In this document: positions 26,437-32,000 of the stretch, piece by piece
Layout: each line of letters begins with the position of its first letter
How positions within the stretch are numbered: position 1 is the stretch's first letter
Source: Erysipelothrix inopinata
GTDB taxonomy: Bacteria > Bacillota_I > Bacilli_A > Erysipelotrichales > Erysipelotrichaceae
Assembly (NCBI RefSeq): GCF_014396165.1
Contig: NZ_CP060715.1
Coordinates: 330,001-362,000 of the forward strand
DNA length: 32,000 nucleotides
Direction of reading: 5' to 3'
Program-made: the position numbers and the translations under genes
Notes under the pieces: generated by a model
The model's database searches: none
What the model was told of the DNA's origin: nothing
What the model saw: only the letters and a program-made list of their open reading frames with translations

Positions 26437-26484
26437 CAATTCAAAACACAATCATTAACGAATAAGAAGATAGGGAGATCACAT

Positions 26485-27297
26485 ATGAAAAAATTATTCA
26501 CACTTTTATTAGCATTATTACTTATTACTGGATGTACAAGCGCAAGCACTAAAGAATCTAAATTAAAAACAATTAAAGAAAAAGGCGAAATTGTTGTAGC
26601 AATCTCACCAGACTATGCACCGTATGAATTTATGGACGCTACCAAAGAAGGTCAAGACCGTTACGTTGGTGCTGATGTAGAATTAGCTAAATATATCGCT
26701 GACAAACTTGGAGTTAAACTTGTTATTAAACCTTTAGAATTCAAAGATATTGCGGGAGCAGTTTCAATGGGTAAATATGATATCGGGATTTCAGGATTCA
26801 CTTATAGTGAAGAACGTGCCGAACAAGTTGTCTTCAGTAAAACATATGACACTACTGAATCTACATGCCAAGGATTCCTCATTGACCAAAGTACAAATGA
26901 TCAATATAAATCACTTGAAGACTTCAAAGGTAAGACAGTTGCTGTTCAAAGTGCTTCACTTCAAGAAAAATATGTAAACGAAGAAATTCCTGAATCAAAC
27001 AAAAAATTAGTAGCACAATTGGATGATGCAGTCATTCAACTCTCACTTGGAAAAGTAGATGCAGTAGCAATCTCATGTTCATCAGGAGAAACATTCATTA
27101 ACGCTCACGATAACCTTATGATTGCGGATGTGAAATTTGAAGCATCCGATGATCAAGGTACTAAAGTTATTGGACCTAAAGGTGATACTGAACTTATTGA
27201 AGAAATCAACAAAATCATCGAAGAAATGTTACAAGATAACCTCTACACACAATGGATGAATGATGCTCTTGAACTTGCTAAAGAACTTGGTGTTTAA
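26485..27297 (+). CDS. Polar amino-acid ABC transporter substrate-binding lipoprotein (family 3 SBP; arginine suggested by the T-box)
   Basis: 270 aa. Lipobox LLITGC. It has the SBP_bac_3-type sequence (YAPYEF...GFTYSEERAEQVVFSKTY). Confidence 0.9.
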   Translation: MKKLFTLLLALLLITGCTSASTKESKLKTIKEKGEIVVAISPDYAPYEFMDATKEGQDRYVGADVELAKYIADKLGVKLVIKPLEFKDIAGAVSMGKYDIGISGFTYSEERAEQVVFSKTYDTTESTCQGFLIDQSTNDQYKSLEDFKGKTVAVQSASLQEKYVNEEIPESNKKLVAQLDDAVIQLSLGKVDAVAISCSSGETFINAHDNLMIADVKFEASDDQGTKVIGPKGDTELIEEINKIIEEMLQDNLYTQWMNDALELAKELGV

Positions 27298-27314
27298 AAC
27301 TGAAGGAGTAACTT

Positions 27315-27977
27315 ATGTTAAATGATATTATTAACCTTTGGGCTAAATACCATCAGGTTTATATAGAAGGTGTTATCGGTACACTTTGGATGTCCTTAAT
27401 CGTTGTGGTTCTTGGAACCCTCCTTGGTGCAATTCTCGCATTAGGACAACGATCACGATTTAAAGTCATCCGTGGCATTGTAAACTGTTATGTTGAAATC
27501 TTTAGAGGAACTCCACTCCTTCTACAAATGTGGTTATTTGTATACGGTGGTGCACTCTACACAGGAAATACATTCGATGAAACATTTTGGGTTATCTGTG
27601 CATTAATTGTGAACTCCAGTGCTTACGTTACAGAAATATTTAGAGCGGGACTTCAAGCTGTTGATAAAGGACAATTTGAAGCTGCTCAAAGTTTAGGGAT
27701 GTCTCGTTCCAACATGATGCGTAAAATTATTTTACCGCAAGCCATTAAAAACATCTTGCCTGCCTTGGGTAATGAGTTTGTAACTATGATTAAGGAAACT
27801 TCAATTGCATCTGTATTCTTTGTTACAAGTCTTATGACTTCTCAATCGATTGTAAATAGTGCAACACACTTATCAATCGCATCATTGATCATTGTTGGTT
27901 CATTGTACTTTGTCCTCACATTTATCTCATCGAGACTTGTGAAGTTTGCAGAAAGGAAGTTGATTGAAAATGACTAA
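27315..27977 (+). CDS. Amino-acid ABC transporter permease (HisMQ/ArtQ type)
   Basis: 220 aa. The EAA-like loop is present ([24 protein letters not shown]). Confidence 0.9.
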   Translation: MLNDIINLWAKYHQVYIEGVIGTLWMSLIVVVLGTLLGAILALGQRSRFKVIRGIVNCYVEIFRGTPLLLQMWLFVYGGALYTGNTFDETFWVICALIVNSSAYVTEIFRAGLQAVDKGQFEAAQSLGMSRSNMMRKIILPQAIKNILPALGNEFVTMIKETSIASVFFVTSLMTSQSIVNSATHLSIASLIIVGSLYFVLTFISSRLVKFAERKLIEND

Positions 27978-28704
27978 GAATCTTCTCGAAATTAAAGATC
28001 TTCATAAATCCTTTGGTTCATTATCCGTTCTTAAAGGCATATCAACAACCATTCAAGAAGGTGAAGTTGTTTCTATTATTGGCCCTTCAGGATCCGGAAA
28101 ATCTACGTTCTTGAGATGTCTCAATCTTTTAGAAACACCGACGTCAGGAACAATTGTTTTCGATGGTAAAACGCTAGATCCTAAAGACAAATCACTGAAT
28201 AACTTACGACAAGAAATGGGAATGGTATTTCAACATTTCAATATATTCCCCCATCTCTCAGTGATTGAAAACATCACAATCACACCCATTCTTGAAAAGA
28301 AAGTTTCAAAAGAAGTTATCAATCAAGAAGCTATGAAACTTCTAGAAATGGTTGGCCTTCAAGCTAAAGCAGAAGAATCCCCTAAGAAATTATCCGGTGG
28401 GCAAAAGCAACGTCTTGCAATTGTTCGTGCACTTGCAATGAATCCTAAAGTTATGTTATTTGATGAACCGACATCCGCTCTTGATCCAGAAATGGTTAAG
28501 GATGTTCTCGATGTTATTCAAAACTTAGCACAATCTGGAATGACGATTGTTATTGTGACTCACGAGATGAACTTCGCAAAGAAAATTTCCGATCGAATTC
28601 TCTTTATGGATGAAGGAATCATTGCTGAAGAAGGAACTCCAGAACAAATCTTTGATAATCCTCAAAATAAACGAACTCAAGAATTTTTGAGTAAAGTTTT
28701 ATAA
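27970..28704 (+). CDS. Amino-acid ABC transporter ATP-binding protein
   Basis: Walker [10 protein letters not shown], signature LSGGQKQR, Walker [15 protein letters not shown] 27970 (RBS AAAGGAAG) overlaps the permease stop by 8 nt. The ORF-track start at 27964 is TTG. Confidence 0.92.
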   Translation: MTKNLLEIKDLHKSFGSLSVLKGISTTIQEGEVVSIIGPSGSGKSTFLRCLNLLETPTSGTIVFDGKTLDPKDKSLNNLRQEMGMVFQHFNIFPHLSVIENITITPILEKKVSKEVINQEAMKLLEMVGLQAKAEESPKKLSGGQKQRLAIVRALAMNPKVMLFDEPTSALDPEMVKDVLDVIQNLAQSGMTIVIVTHEMNFAKKISDRILFMDEGIIAEEGTPEQIFDNPQNKRTQEFLSKVL

Positions 28705-28708
28705 ACAG

Positions 28709-28734
28709 AAGGTATTAGCAACTGCTAATACCTT
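28709..28734. terminator. Bidirectional terminator shared by the ABC operon and folC
   Basis: AAGGTATTAGC-aact-GCTAATACCTT followed by T7. The folC stop codon (TAG) lies inside the 3' arm. Confidence 0.7.
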
Positions 28735-29936
28735 TTTTTCATATATTCTCTAACTTCAGATATAAAATATAATGATCCCGTAATTACAAGTGTTCCCTCT
28801 TGCTTCAACTCAAGACCTTTTTGAATTGCTTGATGATAATCAGCAATTACTTCTACACGATGGTTTAGCGCAAGTTCTTGAGCGCTTGCAGCACGATAGA
28901 AATCAAACTCTGTCACAATCACCGTATCAAATGCACGTTCAAGCTCTGATAACATCGGACTATAATCTTTGTCTTTCAATGCTGTAAAGATAACGGTCCA
29001 AGGTTTCGGTAGAATTTGCATACTTTCCACAAGTCGCGCAATCCCCATTTCATTGTGTGCTCCATCAATGTAAATACCAGGAATAATTTCTTCAAACCTT
29101 CCTGCCCAACTCGCTTCTCGAATTGCTTTTTGAAAGACTTCATTTTTTAAGCCTGGAAGAAGATGTTTCACGATCGACACTGCGAGAGAAGCGTTCGCAA
29201 CTTGATAACTACCTTGGTTTGTAATTTCAAACTCAATGTTCTCATGATCAAAGTAATATGTTTTATCTTTTAAGTGATACATTGGGATACACATTTGTCG
29301 ATATTCTGAGTTCATGCTAATTGCTCGATTTAAAACAACTTCGAGCGGTTCTTTATGATCAATCATGGTAAAGAACGGTACATTTTCTTTAATGATATAC
29401 GATTTTTCTGTCGCAATCTCAGTCAGTGTATTTCCAAGAATACCTTGATGATCAAAGCCAACGTTTGTGATTGCTGAAACTAGCGGTGTAATCACATTGG
29501 TCGCATCCAAACGCCCCCCTAAACCGACTTCATAGACAACATAATCGACACGTTCATCCAAGAAATACCAAATAGAGATAAGCATATCAATTTCAAACAT
29601 ACTCAGTTCATACTCATCCCATAGGGGAAGTGATTGATTAATATATCGTAAAAATGTTTCATCATCGATTTGAATATTATTAATTCGAATTCGATCATTA
29701 TGTACGACAAGATGCGGTGATGTGAAAGACCCTACTTTATATCCTGCTTCTTGCAGTATGGTTCGTACCATATTAGTCGTAGATCCTTTACCATTGGTAC
29801 CACCAATATGGATACAACGAAGTTTGTCTTGAGGATTTCCTAAAGACGCTAACGCCTCTTTAAACCGTTCAATACCATACGTTTTATTTCGACGCGACAT
29901 TACTGTCTGAATCGCAGTTTCAATATCATTAAACAT
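28725..29936 (-). CDS. folC: Folylpolyglutamate synthase / dihydrofolate synthase (Mur ligase family)
   Basis: 403 aa. It has the P-loop HIGGTNGKGST and FTSPHL, with overall FolC layout. Confidence 0.85.
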   Translation of the reverse strand: MFNDIETAIQTVMSRRNKTYGIERFKEALASLGNPQDKLRCIHIGGTNGKGSTTNMVRTILQEAGYKVGSFTSPHLVVHNDRIRINNIQIDDETFLRYINQSLPLWDEYELSMFEIDMLISIWYFLDERVDYVVYEVGLGGRLDATNVITPLVSAITNVGFDHQGILGNTLTEIATEKSYIIKENVPFFTMIDHKEPLEVVLNRAISMNSEYRQMCIPMYHLKDKTYYFDHENIEFEITNQGSYQVANASLAVSIVKHLLPGLKNEVFQKAIREASWAGRFEEIIPGIYIDGAHNEMGIARLVESMQILPKPWTVIFTALKDKDYSPMLSELERAFDTVIVTEFDFYRAASAQELALNHRVEVIADYHQAIQKGLELKQEGTLVITGSLYFISEVREYMKKRY

Positions 29937-30580
29937 TACTTACTCCAATCAATGGGCTTCATGCCCTTCTCTATTAAAAATTCATTTGTTTTTGAAAAGG
30001 GTTTTGATTTCCAAAAGCCTCGGTATGCACCCAAAGGTGATGGGTGTGCTGATTCAATAATTAGATGTTGAGGCTCAATGTATACTTTCTTTTCTTGTGC
30101 CTTCTTACCCCATAGAATAAATACCATTGGAGCTTCTCTTTTCCCTAATACTTTAATAACTGTATCAGTAAATGATTCCCATCCTTTTTTCTGATGCGAT
30201 AACGGTTCACTCTCTCTCACAGTTAGGAGTGTGTTAAGTAAAAATACCCCTTGTTTTGCCCAACCACTCAAATCACCATTATCTTTTGTCACACCGACAT
30301 CATCTTTAAGTTCTTTATAGATATTGATAAGACTTTTGGGAAGCGGTTGATCTGATTGAACCGAGAAGCTTAATCCCATTGCTTGACCAGGTTGATGGTA
30401 AGGATCTTGTCCCAATATCACAACCTTCACATCTTCATATTCTACATAATCAAATGCTTGGTAAACTTTATCGTCACTTGGATATACTGTGTATTCATTT
30501 CTTTCTTCACTCACATATCGTTCTAAGTCTTTAAAGTAGTTCTTTTCTCTTTCTGACTCAATTAGTTCTGACCACTTCAT
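29936..30580 (-). CDS. ung: Uracil-DNA glycosylase (family 1)
   Basis: GQDPYH and HPSPL motifs are present. The ORF-track start at 30595 is a TTG inside the RBS GGAGGTGG, so ATG 30580 (MKWSELIE...) is preferred. The stop shares one nt with the folC ATG (TAATG). Confidence 0.9.
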   Translation of the reverse strand: MKWSELIESEREKNYFKDLERYVSEERNEYTVYPSDDKVYQAFDYVEYEDVKVVILGQDPYHQPGQAMGLSFSVQSDQPLPKSLINIYKELKDDVGVTKDNGDLSGWAKQGVFLLNTLLTVRESEPLSHQKKGWESFTDTVIKVLGKREAPMVFILWGKKAQEKKVYIEPQHLIIESAHPSPLGAYRGFWKSKPFSKTNEFLIEKGMKPIDWSK

Positions 30581-30608
30581 CCGCCACCTCCACAAAAAAA
30601 GAAGAATT

Positions 30609-32000
30609 TTATTCTTCTTTCATTGTATCATTTTCTTTTAACCAATCATTAGTTAATTGCACAATTTGCTTCACTGCTTCATCGCGTGTTATTTCTTTAT
30701 TGAATAACTTACGTAGTGGTTCCATAATATCAACTTCTGTGTAGAGGCTGCGAGCCAATCTATTGGGGTTATTATCCAATGCCATTACTGGAGGTGTATC
30801 GTGGAAATTATATGCTTTAATTTTATCCAACACTTCTACATCTTGAATATTAAGATCTTCCATGTTAGTACGATGATATACAGGAATTTTTCCAGTACTC
30901 TTTTGGAATATAGAAACTGCTTCACCAGTTCTAAGAATACGTATTGCTTCAGCAGTTGCTGAAGGATATTGAGTCTCACCGTTTCCAACGTAGCCATCCA
31001 CTTCACCTCGTGGTGTCAGATGGTGTTTATCAAACTTAGGGAAAGGTGCAAACTTATAAACATCGCCTGTTGATTCCGAGTATTCTTTCGCAAGATCAAA
31101 ATCGGAGATGATTGTGAAGAGCGACTGGCGATTGAAAAATGCACTTTCGTATTGCCACTTCAAATCCTCAGCTTTCACGATCATTTTAGGTTTTACGTCT
31201 TCTTTATCAGAATCGGATGGTGATTCAGATTCTTTTGGTTTGTCTGTATCCTTTGTATCCTTAGTATCTTCTTTAACCTCAGCGGGTTTCGTTGTTTGGT
31301 CCACTGGTTTTACTTCTTCAGGTTTCGGTTCTTCAATAGCTACCGTTTTATCAAGGACAACATTCCCAAATAACTCAATTAGTTCAAGACCATCTGAAAA
31401 TTCACGGCTATCAAATCCAGGTTTAGAACCTTTTTTTGTCAAGTTCAAAGTCCAACGTCCACCAGTTAAAAATGGATAGAATGATTCTTGATCAACGAAA
31501 GTGAGTGGAAAGACAACATCAATTTTTTCTTGAATCTTATCTGCATTTTTAAAGATTAAGTCCCACGTTTCAAACACATCTGGTAGACCATCTTTATTCT
31601 CATCTTTAGTATCAAAGTTCAATTCTTTCATTAATGTTTCATTGTAAGCAAATAAACTACCAGTAATACTGTTTTGAACTAAGTAATATCCTTTAAGATT
31701 AATTGTATCTTGAAGTTGTACCGGAATTTTAGACCCTACAATTGAATCCATATCAGAGCCAAGGTCTAAAAACTTATCAACAAAGTAAGCAGCATCATTT
31801 TGTTTCACAACCATAACATCATATGGAAACTCTTTCGATAACACATCAATACCTAAAGGATTACTCACTGCATAAGTTAGTGCACCTTCGTTTTCTGGAT
31901 GAAGTTCATTCCATGTTTTAACGGCATACTCCCCCAATGATTCACTTTCGACTTGAATCAGTATTTTTGCATTTTCTTCGATTCTAAACATTTCAGTTTT
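30609..32000 (-). CDS. Extracellular solute-binding-protein-like protein with an internal Lys/Glu/Pro/Asp-rich low-complexity insert (possibly 5'-truncated by the window edge)
   Basis: The reading frame stays open upstream of the ATG at 31991, up to nt 32000. The C-terminal half resembles family-1 (MalE-like) SBPs. The insert EEPKPEEVKPVDQTTKPAEVKEDTKDTKDTDKPKESESPSDSDKEDVKPK lies mid-protein. Confidence 0.45.
   Translation of the reverse strand, partial: KTEMFRIEENAKILIQVESESLGEYAVKTWNELHPENEGALTYAVSNPLGIDVLSKEFPYDVMVVKQNDAAYFVDKFLDLGSDMDSIVGSKIPVQLQDTINLKGYYLVQNSITGSLFAYNETLMKELNFDTKDENKDGLPDVFETWDLIFKNADKIQEKIDVVFPLTFVDQESFYPFLTGGRWTLNLTKKGSKPGFDSREFSDGLELIELFGNVVLDKTVAIEEPKPEEVKPVDQTTKPAEVKEDTKDTKDTDKPKESESPSDSDKEDVKPKMIVKAEDLKWQYESAFFNRQSLFTIISDFDLAKEYSESTGDVYKFAPFPKFDKHHLTPRGEVDGYVGNGETQYPSATAEAIRILRTGEAVSIFQKSTGKIPVYHRTNMEDLNIQDVEVLDKIKAYNFHDTPPVMALDNNPNRLARSLYTEVDIMEPLRKLFNKEITRDEAVKQIVQLTNDWLKENDTMKEE

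Noticed and set aside
1-32000. Alternative genetic code (TGA=Trp, Mollicutes code 4), considered because of the Mollicutes-like long RpoB and low GC.
   Set aside because: Full-length rpoB, rpoC, htpG and other genes translate without in-frame TGA under the standard code. TGA also terminates niaX (6410-6412) at a sensible position.
1-32000. CRISPR arrays, tRNA or rRNA genes, IS elements, integrases, or prophage boundaries flanking the accessory block (18.7-26 kb).
   Set aside because: I found no regularly spaced direct repeats, no cloverleaf-like tRNA sequences, no transposase or recombinase-like translations, and no long terminal inverted or direct repeats by eye. Short att-like repeats cannot be excluded without a computational repeat search.

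Overview
Low-GC Bacillota-type chromosome, most likely Erysipelotrichia or an Acholeplasma-like relative. The standard genetic code applies: TGA is used as a stop, and there are no in-frame TGAs in rpoB or rpoC. No rRNA, tRNA, CRISPR array, transposase or integrase is visible.

The core of the window is a rearranged ribosomal-protein/RNA-polymerase cluster on the minus strand: rplJ-rplL-methyltransferase-rpoB-rpoC, followed by a separately promoted rplK-rplA. As given, rplK carries a 1-nt frameshift.

The left flank holds lemA plus a DUF2207-like gene, CIRCE-controlled htpG, and a tightly overlapped operon of a GT4 glycosyltransferase, an ArsD-like protein and a lipoprotein. It also holds a niaR-niaX locus with two identical NiaR-type palindromes, which appears to run on into an ArsC/Spx-family gene and yaaA.

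The right half (18.7-26 kb) looks accessory. It contains:
- an overlapping XRE/GNAT pair
- a TraB-family protein coupled to a very acidic Phd/YefM-like protein
- a small TPR-like ORF
- an MFS transporter
- a sugar-phosphate nucleotidyltransferase
- two tandem paralogous membrane-tethered XRE regulators

After that come an arginine-specific T-box, an unusual RRR mini-ORF, and a polar amino-acid ABC transporter. The window ends with folC, ung and a partial solute-binding-like gene.

The best candidates for undescribed biology are:
- the tandem HTH-2TM-C-domain paralogs
- the T-box plus Arg-codon leader ORF
- the GT4/ArsD-like/lipoprotein operon
- the TraB/acidic-protein pair
- the XRE/GNAT module

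All family assignments come from reading the translations and from motifs recalled from memory. No database search was run.
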